This document shows positions 9,303 to 17,101 of a stretch of DNA of 37,478 bases, piece by piece (the stretch's first letter is position 1; every line of letters begins with the position of its first letter). A program made the position numbers and the translations under genes. The stretch comes from a virus, in IMG/VR virus record IMGVR_UViG_3300031160_000004. One strand, given 5' to 3'. The notes below the pieces were generated by a model. The model made no database searches, was not told where the DNA came from, and worked only from the letters and a program-made list of their open reading frames with translations.

Positions 9303-9463
9303 CTTGAATCCCGAAATGGTCCCAGGGCGTATATATGCACTCGCTGTGGATGGCCGGTTCCGGGGTATGAGCGGCTGTTTGTTGAGCGGATCCAGTGGCT
9401 AAATGAGAAGAAGGGAAATTCCTCCTATGTATCGAAGTTTTGAAGCTGGGAGGGGATTTCTAT

Positions 9464-10249
9464 ATGAAGAAGAGAATCATTTCATTAATAACAGCAGTTG
9501 TCTTGCTCGTTTCGCTCACGGTCAGTGTCACAGCATCTGGTACTTTGATCGAGATTAGCGCATACCAAAATCACGGCATCAATTTCAAGATCAACGGTAA
9601 AGAATGGACACCGGAGCAGCCACCAATCACATTTGACGGCCGCACATACTTGCCGTTGCGATCAGTGGGGGAGGCGCTGGGCGCTCTGATCACCTGGGAC
9701 GGGACGACGCAGACCGTCGGGATTTCGACCGGCGAAACGGCGTCGGCGGAACAATTCGATATCGTCCTGGAGTTCCCGGCCGACAAATACCCGACCGTCG
9801 CCGCGCACATCGCCAGCGCGATCCTTGCCGGCGAGAGTGCGATCTGCACGATCGACAGATCCGGAGCAGATCAACGCCGCGAACAGTCACTCGCCGGGAT
9901 CCCTACCAAGGACGGTTATGATCGGGACGAATGGCCGATGGCGATGTGTGCCGAGGGCGGCGAGGGGGCGTCTGTAGCATACATCGATCCATCGGAAAAT
10001 CGCGGTGCGGGAAGCTGGGTAGGAAATCAGTTGGCGGAATATCCAGACGGAACGCGGGTTAAGTTTGTCATAAGTTTTAGGGAGATGGATGCCAAGGCAG
10101 CGCGTAATGATAAACAACAGTCAGAGGGTGAGGTGTATTACCGCTCGTGTGCAGAAGCACGTGAGGCGGGAGTGGCACCGCTCAGGATTGGTGACCCAGG
10201 GTATGGTAGACATCTGGATCGAGATGGAGACGGCATAGCGTGTGAGTGA
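9464..10249 (+). CDS. Secreted three-domain nuclease: stalk (Cu-amine-oxidase-N-like) + NucA/NucB DNase + Excalibur Ca-binding domain
   Basis: Signal peptide [44 protein letters not shown] stalk motif. [76 protein letters not shown] closely parallels B. subtilis NucB as I recall it. C-terminal [10 protein letters not shown] Excalibur motif. GGAGGGGA RBS. Confidence 0.85.
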   Translation: MKKRIISLITAVVLLVSLTVSVTASGTLIEISAYQNHGINFKINGKEWTPEQPPITFDGRTYLPLRSVGEALGALITWDGTTQTVGISTGETASAEQFDIVLEFPADKYPTVAAHIASAILAGESAICTIDRSGADQRREQSLAGIPTKDGYDRDEWPMAMCAEGGEGASVAYIDPSENRGAGSWVGNQLAEYPDGTRVKFVISFREMDAKAARNDKQQSEGEVYYRSCAEAREAGVAPLRIGDPGYGRHLDRDGDGIACE

Positions 10250-10334
10250 TTAAGCGGTACTTGGTGGCAGGGTGGTGGCAAAAGCTACTTGTCGCCACCA
10301 AAATCTACACAAGTGTACTCGTAAAGTAAAAAGT

Positions 10335-10361
10335 AAAACCCCTTGAATATCAAGGGGTTTT
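10335..10361. terminator. Bidirectional rho-independent terminator
   Basis: aaaaccccttg-aatat-caaggggtttt: a perfect stem with an A-run upstream and a T-run downstream. It sits between the convergent nuclease and integrase genes. Confidence 0.8.
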
Positions 10362-10394
10362 AAGGATTAACTCAGTATAGCAAATAGCAATAAA

Positions 10395-10451
10395 TTACCT
10401 TGAGGGGGTAGTGGGCTTACGCCCGTGGAGGTTCAAGTCCTCTCGACCGCA
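10395..10451 (+). other. attP core: 3' portion of a class-II tRNA, best read as tRNA-Leu(GAG), from anticodon arm to discriminator; not a complete gene
   Basis: Anticodon arm ttacc/ttGAGgg/ggtag. Variable arm gggc-ttac-gccc. T-arm ggagg-ttcaagt-cctct. Acceptor 3' strand cgaccgc+a. No matching 5' acceptor (gcggtcg) or D-arm lies upstream. Adjacent to the integrase. Confidence 0.75.
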
Positions 10452-11727
10452 CTTCTTTAATATCAAGGGATTTCAGACTTTTGTCTGAAGTCCCTTTTTC
10501 ATTGATTTTGATCATTGGTGGCAAATTGGTGGCGAGATATTCCGGGGCGAATTTCTCTAGCTTCGCAGCTGTCTCTTTGCTTAACTTTTTTGTGACATGG
10601 GTGTAAATATTCGCAGTTGTTTCTTGCCTGGAGTGCCCGAGACGTTCCTGTATCGCTTTTAACGGAGTTCCATCTTCGATCAATAATGTCGCGGCTGTGT
10701 GCCGCAGATCGTGGAGGCGAATATAACGCAAACCATGCCGTTGTACGAATTTTTTCCACCAATGAGATGGTTGTGAATGATATATCGGTTTGCCGAATCC
10801 GGCATGGAATACGTACTGCTTATCTCCTCCCAGCCATTTATCGCCCACTTTTAGTTTTCCCCTTACCCATTCACGATACCATTCCTTTAGTTCTCTCATA
10901 TACCATGTAGGCATGTCCACCGTACGGATTGAGCTTTCTGTTTTTGGTTTCTTAATCACCGCCTCTCCTTTTCGTGTGAGGGATATGCTTTCGTCGATCG
11001 TTATTGTATTCTCTTCAAAATTGACATCCTGCCATTGCAACGCCAGTAGTTCTCCGCGTCTGAACCCTCCGATCATTGCACCCAAACAGAACAGGCGCCA
11101 CATCCGTGGTTCTTTGTATAAGGCGTCAATAGCTTGAATGACCTCATTTTCTTCATAAAAATCTGGTTTTGAATATTCTACTTTTGGTTTTTTTATTCCC
11201 TCCATAGGGTGTGACGGGATCACTTTCCATTCAACTGCTCTGTTCAACACATTTTTTAGTACGCGGTAAATATACTCAATCGTGCCTGAGGAAAGAGTTT
11301 CTCCTCGACCATCCTTCCTTGCTCCTGGCTTTTCTAAATCGTTTAGGAATGTCACAATATGTAGAGGTTTAATTTGATCTATTCGCTTGTGCCCAAATGC
11401 CGGAAGGATGTGATTTTGCAAATGATGTTGGTACGTCTTAAGCGTCAGAGGCGCCAGTGATTTTTCCGCATATTTCTCCCGCCATTCATTCACAAAAGAT
11501 GCAAACGTCATCTTCTCAGGTGCGATATACTCTCCTGATTCCACTTCGATCTTAAATTTAGTGAGCTCTTCATTCAGATAATTTTTAAGTTTTCTTGTAG
11601 TTCGTAGTAATGCCTCATCCTCAATTTTGATCGTCTTTGTACGCCTGATACGCTTTCCGTCTGGCCCGTAACCGGCATCTACGACCAGGCGATAAGATGC
11701 ATGTCCACGGTGTTCAATGTACGCCAA
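10417..11727 (-). CDS. int: Tyrosine integrase (phage integrase family)
   Basis: Catalytic signature HDLRHTAATLL ... LGHSRQETTANIYTHV and an N-terminal arm-binding-like AYIEHRGHASYRLVV. The preferred start is TTG 11727 (AAGGAG RBS 9 nt upstream); the track start ATG 11754 is the alternative. The C-terminal 30 or so codons read through the tRNA fragment (..VRSRGLEPPRA), so the functional C-terminus is uncertain. Confidence 0.85.
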   Translation of the reverse strand: MAYIEHRGHASYRLVVDAGYGPDGKRIRRTKTIKIEDEALLRTTRKLKNYLNEELTKFKIEVESGEYIAPEKMTFASFVNEWREKYAEKSLAPLTLKTYQHHLQNHILPAFGHKRIDQIKPLHIVTFLNDLEKPGARKDGRGETLSSGTIEYIYRVLKNVLNRAVEWKVIPSHPMEGIKKPKVEYSKPDFYEENEVIQAIDALYKEPRMWRLFCLGAMIGGFRRGELLALQWQDVNFEENTITIDESISLTRKGEAVIKKPKTESSIRTVDMPTWYMRELKEWYREWVRGKLKVGDKWLGGDKQYVFHAGFGKPIYHSQPSHWWKKFVQRHGLRYIRLHDLRHTAATLLIEDGTPLKAIQERLGHSRQETTANIYTHVTKKLSKETAAKLEKFAPEYLATNLPPMIKINEKGTSDKSLKSLDIKEVRSRGLEPPRA

Positions 11728-11744
11728 TGTTATCGTCTCCTTTA

Positions 11745-12209
11745 TCACAAACATATGTTCGGCTCGACAACTGAAAGTGGATTAAAATAAATGATGTACT
11801 TGTCCACTTTTACATATAGACCATGTTTATCCCGATAATGATCGACGGCTGCTTGTAAAAACTCTTCCGCGATCCCTAAATACTCCGCCAACTCATGCCG
11901 GTCGTGGACCCCCGATCGACAAGCATCGATGATTTTTTTTAACGGGACCAGCCTTTCATATGCCCAAGCGCGTGCGCGCTTTTCTTGTTTAAGGTTCGAT
12001 ATCTTAGACTGGTCCAGTATGTCACCAACGGTTGTGTGGTGATGGCCGAGCTCCTCGGCAAAAATACACGCTTTTTCTGCTACGGTAGGTAGTTCACGAT
12101 TGATCCAAATAACACCATCGCTGTACAGACCTTTGATCCTGGGTGGCATTTTTCTTTCAACGATGTCTATCCCTTGTTGCGTTGCCTCCCGTAGCAGGGA
12201 TTCGTACAT
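11745..12209 (-). CDS. ImmA/IrrE-family metallopeptidase (anti-repressor protease)
   Basis: A 154-aa ORF co-directional with and 4 nt downstream of the XRE repressor. Motif FAEELGHHHT lies at the HEXXH position, with E in place of the first H. Confidence 0.75.
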   Translation of the reverse strand: MYESLLREATQQGIDIVERKMPPRIKGLYSDGVIWINRELPTVAEKACIFAEELGHHHTTVGDILDQSKISNLKQEKRARAWAYERLVPLKKIIDACRSGVHDRHELAEYLGIAEEFLQAAVDHYRDKHGLYVKVDKYIIYFNPLSVVEPNICL

Positions 12210-12213
12210 AGCA

Positions 12214-12567
12214 TCACTCCTCGCTGTTTTCGCGCATGGATCTTCTCATCTTCACATACTGTTTGAACTCTTCGATCTCCCTCAACTCTTCTTCTGTCCA
12301 ATCATCGTTGTCACCGTCAAAATGAGCTGCAATGGTTTGGATGTCGTCCTTAATACCAAGCAATTCATCTAAGGACACATTAAAAAACAAAGCAAGAATT
12401 CTTGCGATGTCTAATCTAGGTTCTACAATGTCGTTCTCCCACTTTGAGATCATACCTTTGTTAATTGTTGTGTCGAACCTCTCATTTAGACGATCTGCTA
12501 ATTCATCCTGTGATAGCCCTCTTTTTGCCCTCAACTCCTTTAGTTTGTTGCCAAATGAATACATCAC
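12214..12567 (-). CDS. XRE-family HTH repressor (CI/ImmR-like)
   Basis: LKELRAKRGLSQDELADRLN...ISKWENDIVEPRLDIARILALFFNVSLDELLG. AGGAGAG RBS. Divergent from the cro-like gene. Confidence 0.85.
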   Translation of the reverse strand: MMYSFGNKLKELRAKRGLSQDELADRLNERFDTTINKGMISKWENDIVEPRLDIARILALFFNVSLDELLGIKDDIQTIAAHFDGDNDDWTEEELREIEEFKQYVKMRRSMRENSEE

Positions 12568-12609
12568 ACACTCTCCTATCCTACATCAAAATTTAGATAC
12601 ATCTAAATG

Positions 12610-12638
12610 ATAATACGAAGGTTTCAAAATTGCAACAA
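12610..12638 (-). promoter_or_regulatory. Leftward promoter for the repressor operon
   Basis: On the minus strand: TTGTTG (12633-12638), 17 nt spacer, TATTAT (12610-12615). Operator copy GGTTTCAAAA (12620-12629) sits in the spacer. Confidence 0.5.
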
Positions 12639-12665
12639 AAATTTAGAGAAATCTCAAAATAGTTA

Positions 12666-12694
12666 TTGACTTTGAAACCCGAAGTGTTTATACT
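12666..12694 (+). promoter_or_regulatory. Rightward early promoter
   Basis: TTGACT (12666-12671), 17 nt spacer, TATACT (12689-12694). An inverted operator copy TTTGAAACC (12671-12679) sits in the spacer. Confidence 0.65.
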
Positions 12695-12751
12695 CAAGAC
12701 ACAGGTTTCAAAAAAGAAACGTTATTTACTGCAATTTGGGAGGTGATTAAT

Positions 12752-13003
12752 TTGAAGTCGGTAAGCAGACGCCATACTCCCTATTCAAAATTCAAAGCAT
12801 TCCTTATCGAAAATGGCATTCAGCAACGCGAAGTTGCAGAATTACTGGGAAAGTCAACCTCTGCATTGAATCAAAATCTTAATGGGACTGGTGGAGACTT
12901 TTCTCTTGCAGAAGTCAGAATCATATGTAAGAGGTATGGGATTAGTGCGGACGAGTATTTTTTGTATCCTGAGGTTTCAAAAATGAAACAGAAAGTAATT
13001 TGA
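12752..13003 (+). CDS. Cro-like HTH regulator
   Basis: TTG 12752 with a GGGAGGTG RBS. HTH QREVAELLGKSTSALNQNLNG. First gene of the rightward operon. Confidence 0.75.
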   Translation: MKSVSRRHTPYSKFKAFLIENGIQQREVAELLGKSTSALNQNLNGTGGDFSLAEVRIICKRYGISADEYFLYPEVSKMKQKVI

Positions 13004-13016
13004 AAGGAGGGTCAAC

Positions 13017-13325
13017 ATGTCTCCGGAAAGTGCATTTGCCGCGATTATCAATCAGTTACACGCTCAACTAAAATCTGAACTCCTGGAGGAATTACGCGCA
13101 GAACTTGGCGCTGCGCCTGATCGCACGCTGACATTTGCCGAGGCTTGCAAATACCTGCACATGTCAGAGTATACGCTACGGCAACTGATCCGTAATAAGC
13201 GCATCCCGCACCGGGTTTACGGTGCGGCGGGTTCTAAAAACCCGCGCTATCTGTTCAGCAAAAGTCGCCTGGATCAGTGGATCCGGGAGCAAGAAGAAAT
13301 AAACTATCAACCGATGGAGGAGTAG
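13017..13325 (+). CDS. Excisionase-family / MerR-like HTH DNA-binding protein
   Basis: LTFAEACKYLHMSEYTLRQLIRNKRIPH ... RYLFSKSRLDQWI is an HTH_17-type motif. The role as Xis is an inference. Confidence 0.6.
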   Translation: MSPESAFAAIINQLHAQLKSELLEELRAELGAAPDRTLTFAEACKYLHMSEYTLRQLIRNKRIPHRVYGAAGSKNPRYLFSKSRLDQWIREQEEINYQPMEE

Positions 13326-13329
13326 AAAA

Positions 13330-14139
13330 ATGAATAAACCGCAAATTTTCAGCCACACCGTTTTTGGTGAATTGCCAGTCATCTTTGCAAACGGCACTGA
13401 ATGGTTCGGAGCGGTGGAGGCTGCAAGAGCGCTATCTTTCTCCGATCCGCACAAAGCCGTTGTCAACCACGTTGACGAAGATGACTCGACGGTCCATCCA
13501 GTCATCGATTCGCTTGGCAGGATACAACGAAAAAAGTTTGTCAACGAGTCCGGTCTGTACAGTCTGATCTTTGGCGCCGCCAGGCAAGGCAACAACCCGG
13601 AGATCAAAGCCAAAGCCAAACAGTTTAAGCGCTGGGTGACTAGCGAAGTCCTCCCTGCCATCCGTCAGCATGGTGGCTATCTGACGCCGCAGAAGATCGA
13701 AGAGGTGCTGCTCAACCCGGACGTAATCATCGATCTGGCTCAAAGGCTAAAACAAGCCAATGAGGAGAAAGCCAAACTGGTCGCCAAGATCGAAGAAGAC
13801 AGACCGAAAGTCATCTTTGCCGACTCGGTGGCTACCAGTAAATCGAGCATCTTGATCGGAGACTTGGCGAAATTGCTCAAACAAAACGGCTACGAAACTG
13901 GACAAAAGCGGCTATTTGAGCAGCTCAGAAACGAGGGCTATCTGATCAAGCGCAAGGGCGCTGACTACAACATGCCAACACAGCGTGCAATGGAACTGGA
14001 GCTCTTTGAAATAAAGGAAACGGTCGTTACCCATGCAGACGGTCACGTCTCAATCAGCAAGACTCCAAAGGTAACAGGCAAAGGTCAAATTTACTTTATC
14101 AACAAGTACGCGGGCAGGAGTGGTCAACAATGCTCATGA
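13330..14139 (+). CDS. Antirepressor (Bro-N domain + KilAC/ANT C-terminal domain)
   Basis: N-terminus FGELPVIFANGTEWFGAVEAARALSF..HVDEDD...FVNESGLYSLIF..AKQFKRWVTSEVLPAIRQHG. C-terminus IGDLAKLLKQNGYETGQKRLFEQLRNEGYLIKR. Confidence 0.8.
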   Translation: MNKPQIFSHTVFGELPVIFANGTEWFGAVEAARALSFSDPHKAVVNHVDEDDSTVHPVIDSLGRIQRKKFVNESGLYSLIFGAARQGNNPEIKAKAKQFKRWVTSEVLPAIRQHGGYLTPQKIEEVLLNPDVIIDLAQRLKQANEEKAKLVAKIEEDRPKVIFADSVATSKSSILIGDLAKLLKQNGYETGQKRLFEQLRNEGYLIKRKGADYNMPTQRAMELELFEIKETVVTHADGHVSISKTPKVTGKGQIYFINKYAGRSGQQCS

Positions 14140-14462
14140 AAATCTGGCGCCTCTCGCCAGCGCAGATCGACGCCTACACGACCGGCGCTGACCTGGGCGA
14201 GCCGCACGAGATCGTCGACGTGCCGGTCGTGGTCTGGCCGTCAGATACCGATATGGCGACACACCGAGAGCGCGCGATGCGTGCGCATCAGACACGCAAA
14301 GCTGGCCGTTCCATGATCACCGCAGAGCTCTACAGCGAGCGGCGGGCTGCCGGTTACAGCGATCAGGAGATCGCCGAGTTGTACGGCATCAAGCTGTCGA
14401 CGCTGAGGGGCTACAAGGCACGATGGAAGAGGGAGGCGGCGTTATGCACGACGACGGTCTAG
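14136..14462 (+). CDS. Hypothetical protein with a C-terminal HTH-like segment
   Basis: An ATGA start/stop overlap with the antirepressor gene (alternative ATG at 14130). SDQEIAELYGIKLSTLRGYKARW. Confidence 0.6.
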   Translation: MKIWRLSPAQIDAYTTGADLGEPHEIVDVPVVVWPSDTDMATHRERAMRAHQTRKAGRSMITAELYSERRAAGYSDQEIAELYGIKLSTLRGYKARWKREAALCTTTV

Positions 14463-14548
14463 GGGTGTTTAGGGGCTTCCTGTCAGCGCTGCGGATCTAT
14501 GTGGTGGTAGGGGCCGTGATAGGGCTCATTTATCTAATTGTGAGGTGA
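14444..14548 (+). CDS. Possible 34-aa single-TM micro-protein (below the ORF-track cut-off)
   Basis: ATG with a GGGAGG RBS 7 nt upstream. MHDDGLGVFRGFLSALRIYVVVGAVIGLIYLIVR. It fills an otherwise non-coding gap. Confidence 0.4.
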   Translation: MHDDGLGVFRGFLSALRIYVVVGAVIGLIYLIVR

Positions 14549-14554
14549 TAAACG

Positions 14555-14758
14555 ATGACAACAAAAGGACGTTTGATCAATGATGCGGTAGTCAAGCTCG
14601 AAGAAGCGCTCGATAAGCTGGAAGTCGCAAGACGTAAGTTGCAGGATGCACGTAACCCGCGTCATGTCGATTTGACTGTCAAGATCGAGGATCTGAGACA
14701 GATCTATGAGATCTTGACGGATCCGGAGTGTACGCCTGAGATCGAGGAGGTTGAGTGA
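14555..14758 (+). CDS. Hypothetical coiled-coil protein
   Basis: A 67-aa ORF with a GAGGTGA RBS. Confidence 0.6.
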   Translation: MTTKGRLINDAVVKLEEALDKLEVARRKLQDARNPRHVDLTVKIEDLRQIYEILTDPECTPEIEEVE

Positions 14759-14934
14759 TGCCAAGACCATGCGGAGAGTTTGATGCCTACGCTCACCACG
14801 ACGACCGGGTGGATCGACTCGGCCGGCTGTTTGTAGCGCTGCGGCTGCGGGAGAAATACGGCATCACGTTTGAACGGTGGCTGGAGATGATCGAGCGCGG
14901 AAGTTGGGCTGCGGTGGTTGAGGAGAGTGTTTGA
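14758..14934 (+). CDS. Hypothetical 58-aa protein (not in the ORF track)
   Basis: The ATG overlaps the preceding TGA (gTGATGc). Reads MPRPCGEFDAYAHHDDRVDRLGRLFVALRLREKYGITFERWLEMIERGSWAAVVEESV. Confidence 0.5.
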   Translation: MPRPCGEFDAYAHHDDRVDRLGRLFVALRLREKYGITFERWLEMIERGSWAAVVEESV

Positions 14935-14950
14935 AAGGAGGTGATTCAAC

Positions 14951-15106
14951 ATGTCGCGATCTGAGCGGGTAAAAAGGTGCAATACGCTCATGGAATTGAT
15001 GAAGCACGCGAAATCAAAGCGAGTACTAGAATTATACAGTCGGCAACTTGAACGCTGTGCTTCGCGGCTAAAACAAAAAGAGCAGTCGAAAAAAGCGACC
15101 GCGTAA
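14951..15106 (+). CDS. Hypothetical 51-aa basic protein (not in the ORF track)
   Basis: Strong AAAGGAGGTGA RBS 7 nt before the ATG. Reads MSRSERVKRCNTLMELMKHAKSKRVLELYSRQLERCASRLKQKEQSKKATA. Confidence 0.55.
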   Translation: MSRSERVKRCNTLMELMKHAKSKRVLELYSRQLERCASRLKQKEQSKKATA

Positions 15107-15160
15107 AGAAAATCGACTTTCAACTATTATAACACAACATTTTACCGGGAGGAATCATCC

Positions 15161-15598
15161 ATGCCTGTACTTATTCAAATCAACGGCGAAAACGCCGAAC
15201 AAGCAATCCAAGAACTTGCCGCTCTCTCCACAGGTATCGTTGGTCGGAGCGTGCCGGTCGAATTCGCTCCGGTGCCGGAAACTCCGAAAGCCGAACGCAC
15301 CGCGCGGGCTGCACGCACCAAGCCGGAACCGGCCAAAGCACCGCCGGCTACCCCGCCGGAGCCGGAAGACGAACCGGCCAACGACGAGCCCGATACCAAT
15401 GACAGCGATACCTCCGACGAACCGATCCCGACCGATGTTGAGCTGCGCGAAATCGCGAGAAACGTCGGTGCGAAGGGACCGGAGGCAAAAGCCGCGATCA
15501 AGGAACTGCTCGGCAAATACGGCGTGCCGAACATCACGGCTGTGCCGGAAGCCAAACGGATCGCGTTCAAACGCGAACTGGAGGCGTTGGCTGAATGA
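15161..15598 (+). CDS. Hypothetical protein with a central Pro/acidic low-complexity linker
   Basis: A 145-aa ORF with a GGGAGGA RBS. Linker PEPAKAPPATPPEPEDEPANDEPDTNDSDTSDEP. Confidence 0.65.
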   Translation: MPVLIQINGENAEQAIQELAALSTGIVGRSVPVEFAPVPETPKAERTARAARTKPEPAKAPPATPPEPEDEPANDEPDTNDSDTSDEPIPTDVELREIARNVGAKGPEAKAAIKELLGKYGVPNITAVPEAKRIAFKRELEALAE

Positions 15599-15906
15599 CG
15601 ACATCAAAGAACCAAGCACGGGATCTGGAGGCTGACCTCGCGATCTGCGAAGCGGCGACGCCGGGACCTTATACAATCGAACCCTGCAGATGCGGCCATT
15701 CAGCCTGCAAGTTCGTGTTCATCTGTAAAATCACATATTCTGATGGCCGCTTGTTACCGGAAGATGCCCGTTTCATCGCCGAAGCCCGGGAGGGCTGGCC
15801 CTATGCGATCCGGCGGGCTCTGGAGGCGGAGGCCGAAATCGACCGCCTCCGCGCTGAAAACGCCATGCTGCTCGAAGCGCTGAACCAGCGCGGGTGTGGG
15901 TTATGA
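15595..15906 (+). CDS. Hypothetical protein, possibly Ead/Ea22-like
   Basis: ATGA overlap with the upstream gene. EAATPGPY motif plus a C-terminal coiled coil. The family assignment is tentative. Confidence 0.6.
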   Translation: MTTSKNQARDLEADLAICEAATPGPYTIEPCRCGHSACKFVFICKITYSDGRLLPEDARFIAEAREGWPYAIRRALEAEAEIDRLRAENAMLLEALNQRGCGL

Positions 15907-17096
15907 TCGCCGCCCACGCTGAACGGGCACACTCGCTACTGGCCGCCTCCAAGGCGGAGCAGTGGATCAACTGCCCGCCAAGCGCCCGGTTGCAGGAAGG
16001 CGTTCCGGACCGGCGGAGCGAGTACGCGGACGAGGGGACGCTGGCGCATGAGCTGGCCGAGACGAAACTCCGGCGCCGGCTGCTCCCCTGCAATTCCGCG
16101 GAGAGTGAACGCCTCGACGCCCGACTGCAGGAGATCCAGGCCAACCCGCTGTACTCCGCGGAGATGGAGCGGCTGATTCAAGAGTATGCGGAGTTCGTCG
16201 AAGAGCGATATACGGCCGCGAAGGCCCGCAGTCCGGACGCCGTGATACTCCTCGAAGAGCAACTGGATTATTCCGAATGGACCGCCCCGGGGCAAACGGG
16301 AACCGGCGACGTGGTGCTGATCGCGGACGGGACGCTCGAGCTTATCGACCTCAAGTATGGGAAGGGCGTCCCGGTCAGCGCCGCTGGCAACCCGCAGATC
16401 CGGCTGTACGCGCTCGGCGCCTGGTCGGGATACGGCTTTCTGTACGACATCCGGGAGATCCAGATGACGATCTACCAGCCGCGTCTCGACAATATCAGCA
16501 CCGACACGATGACGGTCGAGGAACTGCTCGACTGGGCTGAGAACGTCGTCCGCCCCGCCGCCGCACAAGCTTATGCCGGCGAAGGGGAATTCAGTCCGGG
16601 AGACCACTGCCGTTGGTGCAAAGTGAAAGCAACATGTCGCGCTCGTGCTGATGAGAACATGAAGGCACTGCAATATGAATTTCAAGATCCAGCGCTGCTG
16701 AGTTTGGAGGAGATAGGGAACATTTTGCACATTGCCCAAAAACTCTACGCATGGGCTAAGGATGTAGAGGATTACGCCTATGAGCAGACGCTTGCCGGGA
16801 ATCGCGTTCCAGGTTGGAAACTGGTTGAGGGGCGAAGCAATCGCATAATTACAAACAAGGAAGCCGCTAAAGAAGCCCTCACAGCAGCCAGGATAGAGCC
16901 GGACAGATTCCTGAAGGTCGATCTGTATGGAATCAGTGAGCTGGAGAAGCGAATCGGCAAAAAAGAACTGGCGTCAATCCTTGGCGATCTGATACAAAAG
17001 CCACCTGGCAAGCCGGTACTTGTACCGGAAACGGACAAACGACCGGAGTTGAACAGTATTGAACATGAATTTGCAGATATCAATTTGGAGGACTGA
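15903..17096 (+). CDS. PD-(D/E)XK nuclease, DUF2800 / Cas4-like family
   Basis: ATG 15903 overlaps the upstream TGA. Motifs EGTLAHELAE, DLKYGKG, and the Cys cluster CRWCKVKATC. Confidence 0.8.
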   Translation: MIAAHAERAHSLLAASKAEQWINCPPSARLQEGVPDRRSEYADEGTLAHELAETKLRRRLLPCNSAESERLDARLQEIQANPLYSAEMERLIQEYAEFVEERYTAAKARSPDAVILLEEQLDYSEWTAPGQTGTGDVVLIADGTLELIDLKYGKGVPVSAAGNPQIRLYALGAWSGYGFLYDIREIQMTIYQPRLDNISTDTMTVEELLDWAENVVRPAAAQAYAGEGEFSPGDHCRWCKVKATCRARADENMKALQYEFQDPALLSLEEIGNILHIAQKLYAWAKDVEDYAYEQTLAGNRVPGWKLVEGRSNRIITNKEAAKEALTAARIEPDRFLKVDLYGISELEKRIGKKELASILGDLIQKPPGKPVLVPETDKRPELNSIEHEFADINLED

Positions 17097-17101
17097 TATA
17101 A

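Larger units (their letters stand above)
12591..12720. promoter_or_regulatory. Operator cluster of the genetic switch
   Basis: RGGTTTCAAAA at 12620 and 12704, and inverted at 12671-12679. 12705-12720 is GTTTC-N6-GAAAC. A second motif class is the perfect palindrome ATTTAGA-taca-TCTAAAT (12591-12608), with an imperfect copy at 12641-12660. Confidence 0.65.

Noticed and set aside
9132-9443. A 103-aa + strand ORF spanning the endolysin 3' end and the leader of the nuclease gene.
   Set aside because: It overlaps the endolysin out of frame and runs straight through a strong terminator. It has no start codon or RBS after that terminator.
10381-10455. A complete tRNA gene.
   Set aside because: Only the anticodon arm through the 3' acceptor strand is present. 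No complementary 5' acceptor strand (GCGGTCG) or D-arm lies upstream, and there is no CCA. It was therefore called as an attP fragment.
14704-15123. A 139-aa minus-strand ORF in the early region.
   Set aside because: It has no RBS and is antisense to three compact + strand ORFs that have strong RBSs or coupled stop/start codons. It is the only would-be minus-strand gene within a 24-kb rightward operon.
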